A DNA stretch of 55,700 bases from Patescibacteria group bacterium (GTDB taxonomy: Bacteria; Patescibacteriota; Minisyncoccia; 2-02-FULL-40-12; IGHO2-01-FULL-4-A). Below are positions 8,091-17,133 of the stretch, in pieces. The stretch covers positions 1-55,700 of the forward strand of contig JBBTSB010000002.1 in NCBI GenBank assembly GCA_038064915.1, read 5' to 3'. Under the pieces are notes generated by a model. That model had not been told where the DNA came from. It ran no database searches and was given only the letters and a program-made list of their open reading frames with translations. The position numbers and the translations under genes were made by a program. Positions within the stretch are counted from its first letter, which is position 1, and every line of letters starts with the position of its first letter.

Positions 8091-9905
8091 ATGAAAAAGT
8101 ATTCTCCTCAAACAATCGAAAAGAAGTGGCAGAAGAAATGGAAAGCCCAAAAACTCTATGAGACTGCGGATGCGGTTTCGGGGAAAGAAAATTTTTACAA
8201 GCTCGTAGAGTTTCCATATCCGTCAGGGAATTTGCATATGGGACACTGGTACTCATTTGCAGTGCCGGATATTTTTGCAAGGTACAAGCGGATGAAAGGA
8301 TACAATGTGCTTTATCCGATGGGCTTTGACGCGTTTGGATTACCGGCAGAAAATGCGGCGATCAAAAATAACCTCCAGCCAGGCGAGTGGACCAAACAAA
8401 ACATCAAGACCATGACCAAGCAGATGGAGTCAATGGGTGCGATGTTTGATTGGTCGCGGATGGTGAGCACAATTGATCCTGACTATTACCGCTGGACGCA
8501 GTGGATATTCATACAATTTTACAAAGCCGGTCTGGCCTATCGAGCGAAGACGCTCGTGAACTGGTGCCCAAAGGACAAGACCGTCCTTGCCAATGAGCAA
8601 GTCGTGGATGGCAAATGCGAGCGTTGCGGGAGCGACGTGGAGCAGCGCGAGCGTGAACAGTGGATGTATCGTATTACCAAGTACGCCGATGCACTCGTTG
8701 ATGGTCTCGAAAAAGTCGACTGGCCGGAGGTCACTAAAACCGCACAACGAAATTGGGTATGGGACGTAGAGACAGGAGCGCTTCGCCTTCACGATTGGAT
8801 TTTATCGCGACAGCGGTATTGGGGCACGCCCATACCTATGATTATCTGTAAAGATTGCGGATATCATCCGGTGCCGGAAGAAAAATTGCCGGTGAAATTG
8901 CCTAAGTTGGAAAATTATCTACCAGTTGATGATGGATCTTCGCCGCTCGCGCGTGCCGAAAAGTGGGTCAATGCGAAGTGCCCAAATTGCGGCAAGAATG
9001 CAAAGCGCGAGACTGATACAATGGACACCTTTGTGGACTCAAGCTGGTACTACCTCGCGTATGCAACGCGAGGAATTTCCAATTTCCAATTTCCAATTTC
9101 CAACGATGCCTGGAATCCAGTGGATCTCTACACGGGTGGAGCGGAACATAACACGATGCACTTGCTTTACTCGCGGTTTTTCATCAAAGCACTGCATGAT
9201 TTGAAATTGGTAGACTTTGATGAACCGTTCACTATACGCCGCAACCACGGCACTGTGCTGGGGCCTGATGGTGCGAAGATGTCAAAGTCCAAAGGAAATA
9301 TTATCGACCCCGACAAAGAAGTCGCGCAGTTTGGTGCCGATGCAGTGAGAATGTACCTGGCGTTTCTGGGACCCTACGATACGTTCAATGGTCCGTGGAC
9401 ACCACAGGGGATCACGGGGATTTCGCGATTTTTAAACAAAGTTTGGAAATTGGCTCACGAGGAACAACAAGAAACAAATCAACAGAGACTTCACCAGGCG
9501 ATCAAAAAAGTTAGCGAAGACATCGAAGCCCTGCACTTTAACACTGCTATTTCTGAATTAATGAAGCTCTTGAATGAACGAGAAGTGATAGATGAGGCAT
9601 TTCTAAAATTGCTTGCACCATTTGCGCCGCACTTGGCCGAAGAACTTTGGAGTCGAAATCACAGCACGTCTATCCATCTCGAATTATTCCCTGTGTACGA
9701 TCCTCGCATGATCCAAGAATCTATGGTGGATTTTGTGATCCAGGTAAACGGCAAAACCCGGGGAGTCATTCAACTGCCAGTGGATAGTGATGAATCAGCA
9801 GTGCGTAGTGCGGCAGAAAAAGATGACAGGATAAAGCGCCATCTCACCAGTACGGTTAAAAAGGTAATTTTTGTAAAAGGTCGTCTGTGCAACTTTATTC
9901 TCTAA
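8091..9905 (+). CDS. leuS: Leucyl-tRNA synthetase lacking the CP1 editing domain
   Basis: FPYPSGNLHMGH, MGFDAFGLPAENAA, DW.LSRQRYWGTPIP, DTMDTFVDSSWY, YTGGAEH, KMSKSKGN; only 604 aa. Confidence 0.96.
   Translation: MKKYSPQTIEKKWQKKWKAQKLYETADAVSGKENFYKLVEFPYPSGNLHMGHWYSFAVPDIFARYKRMKGYNVLYPMGFDAFGLPAENAAIKNNLQPGEWTKQNIKTMTKQMESMGAMFDWSRMVSTIDPDYYRWTQWIFIQFYKAGLAYRAKTLVNWCPKDKTVLANEQVVDGKCERCGSDVEQREREQWMYRITKYADALVDGLEKVDWPEVTKTAQRNWVWDVETGALRLHDWILSRQRYWGTPIPMIICKDCGYHPVPEEKLPVKLPKLENYLPVDDGSSPLARAEKWVNAKCPNCGKNAKRETDTMDTFVDSSWYYLAYATRGISNFQFPISNDAWNPVDLYTGGAEHNTMHLLYSRFFIKALHDLKLVDFDEPFTIRRNHGTVLGPDGAKMSKSKGNIIDPDKEVAQFGADAVRMYLAFLGPYDTFNGPWTPQGITGISRFLNKVWKLAHEEQQETNQQRLHQAIKKVSEDIEALHFNTAISELMKLLNEREVIDEAFLKLLAPFAPHLAEELWSRNHSTSIHLELFPVYDPRMIQESMVDFVIQVNGKTRGVIQLPVDSDESAVRSAAEKDDRIKRHLTSTVKKVIFVKGRLCNFIL
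9074..9103 (+). repeat. Tandem heptamer (AATTTCC)x4 inside leuS
   Basis: Four perfect copies at 9074-9101, encoding ISNFQFPISN. Confidence 0.9.
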
Positions 9906-9959
9906 AGTCGCGTCGTACTAGGTATTGCGACAGTTGTGCTGCCAGCTTATACTTATCCT

Positions 9960-10505
9960 ATGAGGCTCAAACTGCTTGGACAATTCGAGAAGCTGGTTGA
10001 GCAATATCAGCGGGATATCGTCAATTTTCACTACCGACTGGTGGGGAATAGGCCCGACGCTGAGGATTTGGCGCAGGAAACATTTCTGAAGGTGTACCAC
10101 AAGCTCGATTCGCTCAAGGATCAGGAAAAAGTGAAAAGTTGGATGTATAGCGTCGCACGCAATGTGACGATAGATTTTTTTAGGAGAAACAAGAACAAAA
10201 GCATCCCGCTTGACAATCTTCTCCTGGAAAACTATGCGAGAGCGACCGCCGTAGATTACCGCGACGAAATTTCATCAAAAGAAATTTCTCAAGAATTGCA
10301 AAAAACGGTCGCACAGTTGAGCACGGAGGATCAGACGATCGTGAAACTGCTTTACTACGAAGGATTTTCGTACAGGGAAATCTGCGACCTTCTCCATATC
10401 AACCAAAATACCCTTAAAAGCCGACTTCATCGTGCACGCAAGGTCTTGTTGGCCGCGATCCAGGCAAACGACCTTCTGCGAGAAGTTGCCATTGAATATC
10501 AATAA
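9960..10505 (+). CDS. ECF-type RNA polymerase sigma factor
   Basis: Region 2 DAEDLAQETFLKVY..VKSWMYSVARN; region 4 YYEGFSYREICDLL..TLKSRLHRAR. Start 9960 is preferred over 9936. Confidence 0.92.
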   Translation: MRLKLLGQFEKLVEQYQRDIVNFHYRLVGNRPDAEDLAQETFLKVYHKLDSLKDQEKVKSWMYSVARNVTIDFFRRNKNKSIPLDNLLLENYARATAVDYRDEISSKEISQELQKTVAQLSTEDQTIVKLLYYEGFSYREICDLLHINQNTLKSRLHRARKVLLAAIQANDLLREVAIEYQ

Positions 10506-10863
10506 CGTCGATCAGTTTATTAGAACAAAAGTGGCTCATTTTTCATCACAACCGTATATTATTGAGCCTTCTACCGGCTTTGTCCGTCGCGTGGTAAACC
10601 ATGCTACCATGGTTGAAAAACAGCGTCGCGCGCGCATCAATATTTGGTTTGCTCTCGTTGCTTTGACACCATATGCGTTGCGGGCACTGTGGTCGCTCAT
10701 CAGGAGCGATTTTGTTTCTGTACTAAGCCTTCCTTTTGGAAATACTGTAAGTCAAGCTTATGGCGTTTTCATGTCATCAATCACTGCGTATGCAATGCTC
10801 GGAGCTGGAATTGTGCTTGCAGTTTATATAGTGGGTCTCCCACGATGGCGCAAGGTATGGTAG
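10492..10863 (+). CDS. Membrane protein, candidate anti-sigma factor
   Basis: Overlaps the sigma stop; short soluble N-terminus then 2 TM segments; TTG start inferred. Confidence 0.55.
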   Translation: MNINNVDQFIRTKVAHFSSQPYIIEPSTGFVRRVVNHATMVEKQRRARINIWFALVALTPYALRALWSLIRSDFVSVLSLPFGNTVSQAYGVFMSSITAYAMLGAGIVLAVYIVGLPRWRKVW

Positions 10864-10872
10864 GATAGGTCC

Positions 10873-11253
10873 ATGGCTGAAGGAGAAACGCCGGCAAAGC
10901 TCGAACAGGAAATCGCAAGCATTGAACGTGAACTCGCTGAAAAGCGAGAAGTTTTGCGGCGTGAATCTCTTCACGAAGTGATCAGACAAAAAATCGCTGA
11001 TGCGCCAACCCCTCAACCTCAAGTGCAACCATCTCCTGCCCCTACGCCAGCTTCTGACGGAACTTCGGTTCCTCCACAACTGTTCCACAAAGTGCAGGCA
11101 CTCGTGAATACAGCTTTTCTCAAGTCAATCGATGAAGCCATCAAAGAGGCAAAAGCAACCAACAATGCCGCCCTCATCGACGCGTTTCATGATCTATTAG
11201 TCGACGAACTCTACAACCACCTCATCGAGAGGGGAAAACTAAAGCAAATGTGA
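10873..11253 (+). CDS. Hypothetical protein (coiled coil plus Pro-rich linker)
   Basis: 126 aa; overlaps the next gene's start. Confidence 0.75.
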   Translation: MAEGETPAKLEQEIASIERELAEKREVLRRESLHEVIRQKIADAPTPQPQVQPSPAPTPASDGTSVPPQLFHKVQALVNTAFLKSIDEAIKEAKATNNAALIDAFHDLLVDELYNHLIERGKLKQM

Positions 11254-13706
11254 TGAATCTTTTAGTTCCTATTCTTTTGCTTCTCGTACTCGGAATTCTC
11301 TTTCTTGCCGCGTTTGTTGTCGTCGGGGGAGTGCGGACGAAGGGTCGTTTGCAACGCGCACTCAACATGACGCTCTTTTTGATTCAGGTTCCCAAGGAAC
11401 ACCCCAAGAATCAAGACAGCACCAATCAAAAGCAACTGGAAAAAGAAATGATCGCGATCGGCGAACAGCTTTTGACGAGCTTCAGCAATATCCACGACAA
11501 GGGATGGAACAAGTTCTTATACGGCGAGCCATATCTCGCTCTGGAAATGTCCGTCCACCACATTGGCGAGGAAACGAATCTTTACCTTGCTGTCCCCAAA
11601 AATTCAGCCGACATTATCGAAAAACAAATCCACAGCTACTACCCGACGGCGGATGTCTCGCGTGTTAAAGACTACAACATTTTTAATCCCGAAGGTGCGA
11701 CGGCGGGAGCATCCATTCGTCTGGAAAAATCAAAGGTGTTGCCCATTCGCACCTACCAGACCCTAGAGTCCGACCCCGTCAGTGCGCTATTGACAGCACT
11801 CTCCAAACTCGAGGCGGAGGGTGAAGGTGCGGCGGTACAAATCCTCATACGCCCCACCCATGCACGACGCCTCAAAGACCTCATGACAAGAGTCGCGAGG
11901 CAAATGCAATCCGGCTACGAGTTTGAGGTGGCCCTAAGGCGTGCTAAGCATCCGCCGAGCAAAGAAAAAGAGCGCAAATATGCGGAAAACGAACGCCTGC
12001 CCGAACATACAAAGATCGTCACCCCCACGGAAGATGCCATCATCAAAGCCATCACTTCAAAAATCGGAAAACAGATGTTTGATGTCAACATTCGTTTCCT
12101 CGCATCCGCCCCATCAGAACCTTTGGCCGACCAAATTCTCAAAGAACTGGAAGGATCGCTCGTGCAATTTGCCGGACCGGGACTCAACGGACTTACCATG
12201 AGCCGCCTGACCGGCAACGCCCTGCAAAAACTAATTTATAACTTTTCGTTCCGGCTTTTCAATGAACGGGAAAAAATGATTCTCTCCACCGAGGAGCTCA
12301 ACAGCCTCTACCACTTTCCCACCGCCGCCACGGCCGCACCCAAGGTAAAATTCCTCAAGTCCAAGGCATCTGAACCGCCTGCAGAGCTCCCGCGCGAGGG
12401 TGTGGTGATCGGACTCAACAAGTTCCGCGGTATCGAAAACCAGGTTCGCATATCGCCAAAGGATCGCAGGCGCCACCTGTACATCATAGGACAGACGGGC
12501 ACGGGCAAATCCAGCTTTATGAAACATATGATTGAGCAGGATCTTGCCAACGGCGAGGGGCTGTGTGTTATTGAGCCTCACGGAGATTTTGCCGAACACG
12601 CTCTGTCGGTCATCCCGCAAGAGCGTATCAACGATGTCGTCTACTTCAATCCTTCTGACCTGGAAATGCCGTTTGGTCTCAATATGCTGGAATTTGATCC
12701 TGCTCATCCGGAACAGAAAACACTTCTGATCAACGAACTCTTGAGCATCATCGACAAACTCTACAATTTAAAAGAAACGGGCGGTCCACTCTTCGAAAAA
12801 TATTTCAAAAACGCCTGTTTGCTCCTGATGAACGACTACCAGTACGACCCGACCAATGAGAGCAAGATTCCCGTGTTGGCCGACATCTCGCGAATTCTTG
12901 TGGATACTGATTTTCGCCTCGATAAACTTTCTCGCGAACAGGATCCGCTTGTACGCCAGTTTTGGGAACTGGAGGCTGCAAAGGCGGGAGGAGAGTCAAG
13001 TCTTGCCAACATGGCACCCTACATTTCCAGCAAAATCGACACCTTTGTGTCCAATGACTACCTACGCGTAATCATCAACCAAAAGCGCAGTACGATCAAC
13101 TTCCGGGAAATCATGGACCAGGGAAAGATTTTGATCTTGAGCCTTTCCAAGGGGAGAATCGGTGAGGTCAACGCACAGCTGTTGGGTATGATGGTGGTGG
13201 GCAAATTGCTCATTTCGGCTCTCTCGCGTGTCGATATACCGGAAGATCAGCGGAGAGATTTTTTCCTCTACATTGATGAATTTCAAAACGTGACCACCGA
13301 CAGTATCGCTACTATATTATCGGAAGCAAGAAAATATAGATTGAACCTTACCATCGCGCACCAGTTTATCAAACAGCTCAAGGAACCGATCCGCGATGCG
13401 GTATTTGGCAATGCCGGATCGTTTGTCGTCTTTCGTATCGGTCCCGATGACGCCGAATTTCTCAAAAACTTTTTCGATCCCTATTTTACACCGCAAGACC
13501 TGGTCAACATTGACAACTTCAACGCCTATGTAAAACTACTTATGAACGACAAGACAACTAAACCCTTCAACATCCAGACTATACGGGAAGGGGTTGGGTC
13601 CCCGGAAATGTTTGAGTTCATTCGTGAACATTCGCGAAGCGTGTACGGCCGGCCGCGCGCGCTCGTGGAAGAAGAGATTCGTCGTGGATTTGAAAACGCA
13701 CTATGA
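11250..13706 (+). CDS. VirD4/TraG-like coupling protein / HerA-FtsK family ATPase with N-terminal TM anchor
   Basis: RRRHLYIIGQTGTGKS (Walker A), LYIDEFQN (Walker B), ILSEARKYRL.LTIAHQF..QL. Confidence 0.85.
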   Translation: MMNLLVPILLLLVLGILFLAAFVVVGGVRTKGRLQRALNMTLFLIQVPKEHPKNQDSTNQKQLEKEMIAIGEQLLTSFSNIHDKGWNKFLYGEPYLALEMSVHHIGEETNLYLAVPKNSADIIEKQIHSYYPTADVSRVKDYNIFNPEGATAGASIRLEKSKVLPIRTYQTLESDPVSALLTALSKLEAEGEGAAVQILIRPTHARRLKDLMTRVARQMQSGYEFEVALRRAKHPPSKEKERKYAENERLPEHTKIVTPTEDAIIKAITSKIGKQMFDVNIRFLASAPSEPLADQILKELEGSLVQFAGPGLNGLTMSRLTGNALQKLIYNFSFRLFNEREKMILSTEELNSLYHFPTAATAAPKVKFLKSKASEPPAELPREGVVIGLNKFRGIENQVRISPKDRRRHLYIIGQTGTGKSSFMKHMIEQDLANGEGLCVIEPHGDFAEHALSVIPQERINDVVYFNPSDLEMPFGLNMLEFDPAHPEQKTLLINELLSIIDKLYNLKETGGPLFEKYFKNACLLLMNDYQYDPTNESKIPVLADISRILVDTDFRLDKLSREQDPLVRQFWELEAAKAGGESSLANMAPYISSKIDTFVSNDYLRVIINQKRSTINFREIMDQGKILILSLSKGRIGEVNAQLLGMMVVGKLLISALSRVDIPEDQRRDFFLYIDEFQNVTTDSIATILSEARKYRLNLTIAHQFIKQLKEPIRDAVFGNAGSFVVFRIGPDDAEFLKNFFDPYFTPQDLVNIDNFNAYVKLLMNDKTTKPFNIQTIREGVGSPEMFEFIREHSRSVYGRPRALVEEEIRRGFENAL

Positions 13707-14302
13707 CTGTTGTTTCACGTAAAGATTTTACCAATGCGATCATCACCGGACTCACCGCTGGACTGTTGGCATGGGCGGTGCTCACGTACCTTCAAAAATC
13801 GCTACCGTACGGCTTTGCCGCCGCATGGCTGGTACTGATCATCCCCATTCTCTGGATCGCCGGCGTACAGTTGGGATACATTTTGGGACGATGGTTTGGT
13901 TTTTTTAATCAGTTTGGCAAATATGCGGCCACGGGATTTACCAATTTTGCCGTAGACGCGGGAGTATTGAACCTTTTATTTTCTTTGACGCATATTGCCG
14001 AGGGACCCATCTATTCTCTTGAAAAAGGGGCCTCGTTTTTGGTTGCTGTGACCCACAGCTACTACTGGAACAGACGCTGGGCGTTTCAATCTGATCAATT
14101 GATGACCCGAAAGGAATTCACAAAGTTTATGATCGTAAACATCATCGGCCTCATCATCAACAACAGCGTCGCTTCCGCCATCGTCCACTTCATCCCGCAT
14201 ACCGCGTCACCCGAAGTGTGGGGCAACGTGGGTGCAATCGGCGGTGCCGCAGTAGCCTTGATCTTTAACTTCATCGGATTTAGGATACTCGTATTCAAAT
14301 GA
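13703..14302 (+). CDS. GtrA family membrane protein
   Basis: QFGKYAATGFTNFAVDAGVLNLL, SYYWNRRWAF, EFTKFMIVNIIGLIIN. Confidence 0.85.
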   Translation: MTVVSRKDFTNAIITGLTAGLLAWAVLTYLQKSLPYGFAAAWLVLIIPILWIAGVQLGYILGRWFGFFNQFGKYAATGFTNFAVDAGVLNLLFSLTHIAEGPIYSLEKGASFLVAVTHSYYWNRRWAFQSDQLMTRKEFTKFMIVNIIGLIINNSVASAIVHFIPHTASPEVWGNVGAIGGAAVALIFNFIGFRILVFK

Positions 14303-15306
14303 CACTCTATCGCACGTATCGCCCAAAAACCTTTGGTGAGCTGGAAGGGCAGGAACATGTCGTGCAAACCTTGCAAGGAGCGCTTTCTTCGGGTCGCATC
14401 GGACATGCGTATTTGTTTTGTGGTCCTCGGGGTACGGGGAAAACGACCATGGCTAGACTTTTGGCCAAAGCGCTAAACTGTGAAAAGCGCGATACCGAGC
14501 CTTGCAACAAATGTTTTTCCTGCACCGAAATCAACGCCGGAAAGTCTATGGATTTGATTGAGATCGATGCTGCATCGAATAGGGGAATCGATGAAATCCG
14601 CAATGTAAAAGAGTCGGCTCAAGTCGCCGCCACGTCCTCGAGATTCAAAGTGTTTATCGTGGATGAAGTGCATATGCTCACCACGCCGGCATTCAACGCA
14701 CTTCTGAAAACACTCGAAGAACCACCCTCTCATACGCTCTTCATTCTTGCCACGACCGAACCGCATAAAGTCCCCGAGACGATTCTTTCGCGCGTCCAGC
14801 GGTTTGATTTCAAAAAGCTCAATCATGATCAGATCATCGCCAAACTCCGCACCGTTGCAAAGGCGGAAAACCTCACCATGGACGATGAATCGTTTAGGGC
14901 GATTGCGACTGCCGCTTCCGGTTCACTACGAGATGCGGAATCCGCACTAGCAAAGGTGATTTCCTATACCGGAACCACCATCAATGGCGAGGAAACATCA
15001 AAAATCCTGGGCATCATCCCGCTCAAAGTCCACGAAGAACTGCTGTCACTCATTGCACAAAAACAAACCGCACAAGCGATAGCAAAAATAGCGGACCTCC
15101 ACGAGTCCGGGGTGCATCTGGATCACTTTGCAAAACAGTTTATTGACTATCTCCGAGCGGAACTCCTCGCCCAGCTTCCCAATGCATCCTTGGTTCCCGT
15201 CGTCCAGCGTTTCATGCAAGCCCGCCAGGATTTGCGCCACAGCCCTATTCCTCAACTTCCCCTGGAGCTTGCGATCATTGATCTCACCACCCATGCATCC
15301 CGCTAG
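14299..15306 (+). CDS. dnaX: DNA polymerase III subunit gamma/tau (short, 335 aa)
   Basis: LYRTYRPKTF, GPRGTGKTT, C-rich Zn motif, EIDAASNRGIDEIR, DEVHML, LLKTLEEPP, SRVQRF. Confidence 0.95.
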   Translation: MTLYRTYRPKTFGELEGQEHVVQTLQGALSSGRIGHAYLFCGPRGTGKTTMARLLAKALNCEKRDTEPCNKCFSCTEINAGKSMDLIEIDAASNRGIDEIRNVKESAQVAATSSRFKVFIVDEVHMLTTPAFNALLKTLEEPPSHTLFILATTEPHKVPETILSRVQRFDFKKLNHDQIIAKLRTVAKAENLTMDDESFRAIATAASGSLRDAESALAKVISYTGTTINGEETSKILGIIPLKVHEELLSLIAQKQTAQAIAKIADLHESGVHLDHFAKQFIDYLRAELLAQLPNASLVPVVQRFMQARQDLRHSPIPQLPLELAIIDLTTHASR

Positions 15307-16366
15307 AAGCAACCGTGGCAGACTCGTTTTTTATGCGATTACCATCGCGGCGATCATTATCGTCTTTCTTAAATTTTCGGAGCTTCGCTACATCGGAGAT
15401 TTGTTCCGCAAATCCAACTGGCACTACCTCGGTATCGTGCTGGTAGTCGAGTTTTTTTCCTACCTGGCTCAAGCGCTCAATTTTCAGGCAGTTCTCAAAA
15501 TCAAACAACACCACGTCGGCGTGTGGGAACTGTTTCCCATAAGCTATGTGGTACAGTTCATCAGCCAGGCAATCCCGACCGGGGGGCTATCCGGTCAAGT
15601 GTTTTTTATCTACTATTTGCGAAGATACGGTATCACATTTGCCGAGGGATTTGGCCGAGCCATTTTGGAAGTTGCGTCGCTATATACCGCCTATGCGCTT
15701 TACTTTATCACTGCCGCCATTTTGCTGGTGCGCGCCGATGCGTTCCAAAACGAACCGCGGTTGGTGGTCTTTATCTATGCGGTAGTGATATTTTTCGGCA
15801 TTTGCAGCTTCGTCATTTTTTTGAGCCAAAAACGCAAACGTGATTCGCGCATTCACTGGCTGTTTGATCGCGCCGCACGCTATGTGAAAAAAAGTTCCCT
15901 CATGCAAATGCCCGGGTTGCGCGCCATCAACGATCACAGCGACCACCTGGCCATGATCAAAGACCAGTTTAATGCGACTCTGGGGTGGGAACATTTCAAA
16001 AAAAATATTCGCCTGTTTGCCCTCGCGTCGTTCTGGCAGGTTGTCCACCTGATGACGCATGTGGTGACTCTTTTTGTCATTTCCCACGCGCTTGGTACTC
16101 CCATAGCGTTTTGGATTTGTTTCATTGCGTTTACATTTTCAAAGTTTATTTCCATGATTTCTATCGTTCCCGGTGCCCCCGGAGTTTTTGAGGGTGTTAT
16201 GACGCTAGTGCTTTTGGCATTTGGCGTCGATGCGCACATAGCTCTCGCGGCGACCATTCTTACCCGTGCGTTTACCTTCTGGCTCCCCATGCCAATCGGC
16301 TGGATTCTCTACCATCGCTACATGAGGCAATTTGAAAAGATGAATGACAACCTCGTCGTTTCGTGA
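15293..16366 (+). CDS. Lysylphosphatidylglycerol synthase TM / flippase-like (UPF0104) membrane protein
   Basis: Multi-TM; ISQAIPTGGLSG, VPGAPGVFEG, RAFTFWLP motifs. Confidence 0.82.
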   Translation: MHPARSNRGRLVFYAITIAAIIIVFLKFSELRYIGDLFRKSNWHYLGIVLVVEFFSYLAQALNFQAVLKIKQHHVGVWELFPISYVVQFISQAIPTGGLSGQVFFIYYLRRYGITFAEGFGRAILEVASLYTAYALYFITAAILLVRADAFQNEPRLVVFIYAVVIFFGICSFVIFLSQKRKRDSRIHWLFDRAARYVKKSSLMQMPGLRAINDHSDHLAMIKDQFNATLGWEHFKKNIRLFALASFWQVVHLMTHVVTLFVISHALGTPIAFWICFIAFTFSKFISMISIVPGAPGVFEGVMTLVLLAFGVDAHIALAATILTRAFTFWLPMPIGWILYHRYMRQFEKMNDNLVVS

Positions 16367-16382
16367 TATAAAGTAACAACAT

Positions 16383-16453
16383 TCCCGGGTCGTCTAATGG
16401 TAGGACAGTAGCCTTTGAAGCTATTAATTGGGGTTCGAATCCCTGCCCGGGAG
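16383..16453 (+). tRNA. tRNA-Gln(TTG)
   Basis: TCCCGGG/CCCGGGA acceptor, anticodon arm GTAGC-CT-TTG-AA-GCTAT, GGTTCGAATCC T-arm. Confidence 0.94.
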
Positions 16454-16456
16454 CAA

Positions 16457-17110
16457 CTATTTTTTCAGTCCTTCCACTTCTTTTTGAGATAGCCTTCGAT
16501 ACGCTCCTGGCTTGAGATTACCGAGTTTGATACTACCGATCCTCCATCGCTTCAGACTGACAACCGTCAAATGCATCGCGTCGCACATGCGGCGGATTTG
16601 ATGGTTGCGGCCTTCACGTAGGAGAATGCGGAAGCTTGAATCTCCCAACGATTTCGTTTGCGCTGGAAGAGTCATTCCATCTTCCAAACGGATGCCCGAG
16701 GCCATTTTTTTGAGTTTTGATTCCGTTACACGCTCGCGAACTTTGACCTCGTATTCTTTTTCTATGGTATGTTCATCACTCGTCACGGACGCGGTGAGAG
16801 CGCCATCATTTGAAAACAGCAACAACCCCTCACTTTCCTTGTCGAGTCGCCCCACGCTGTTTAGGCCTTGATATTCTTTGGGAAGAAACGTGGGTTCTGA
16901 AATCACTCCGCGTGGTTTATTGGCGGCAATCGTGATTTTTTCCTGCTTGTCTTGACCAAACAGTTCAATCTTGTCTTTCGCAGAGTCAATTTGCGTAGCA
17001 AGATTTGTGACCACAATGCCATTCACTTTCACCAAGCCCTGCGTGATATACCGCTCCGCTTCACGGCGTGAGCAAATTTTTTGTTCTGATAGGTATTTCT
17101 GAATCCGCAT
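16457..17110 (-). CDS. rRNA pseudouridine synthase (RsuA/RluB/RluF family)
   Basis: S4 domain MRIQKYLS..CSRREAE, VGRLDKESEGLLL, EKEYEV, EGRNHQIRRM. Confidence 0.93.
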   Translation of the reverse strand: MRIQKYLSEQKICSRREAERYITQGLVKVNGIVVTNLATQIDSAKDKIELFGQDKQEKITIAANKPRGVISEPTFLPKEYQGLNSVGRLDKESEGLLLFSNDGALTASVTSDEHTIEKEYEVKVRERVTESKLKKMASGIRLEDGMTLPAQTKSLGDSSFRILLREGRNHQIRRMCDAMHLTVVSLKRWRIGSIKLGNLKPGAYRRLSQKEVEGLKK

Positions 17111-17116
17111 GTATTT

Positions 17117-17126
17117 TGGTATACTA
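17117..17126. promoter_or_regulatory. Overlapping divergent -10 elements in a 23-bp gap
   Basis: TGGTATACT on plus, 8 nt before ATG 17134; TATACC/TAGTAT on minus, 7-10 nt before ATG 17110. Confidence 0.55.
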
Positions 17127-17133
17127 GCATGAA

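Noticed and set aside
15128-15306. Programmed frameshift extending dnaX
   Set aside because: The overlapping frame is the membrane flippase-like gene; no slippery A AAA AAG plus hairpin is seen near the dnaX end.
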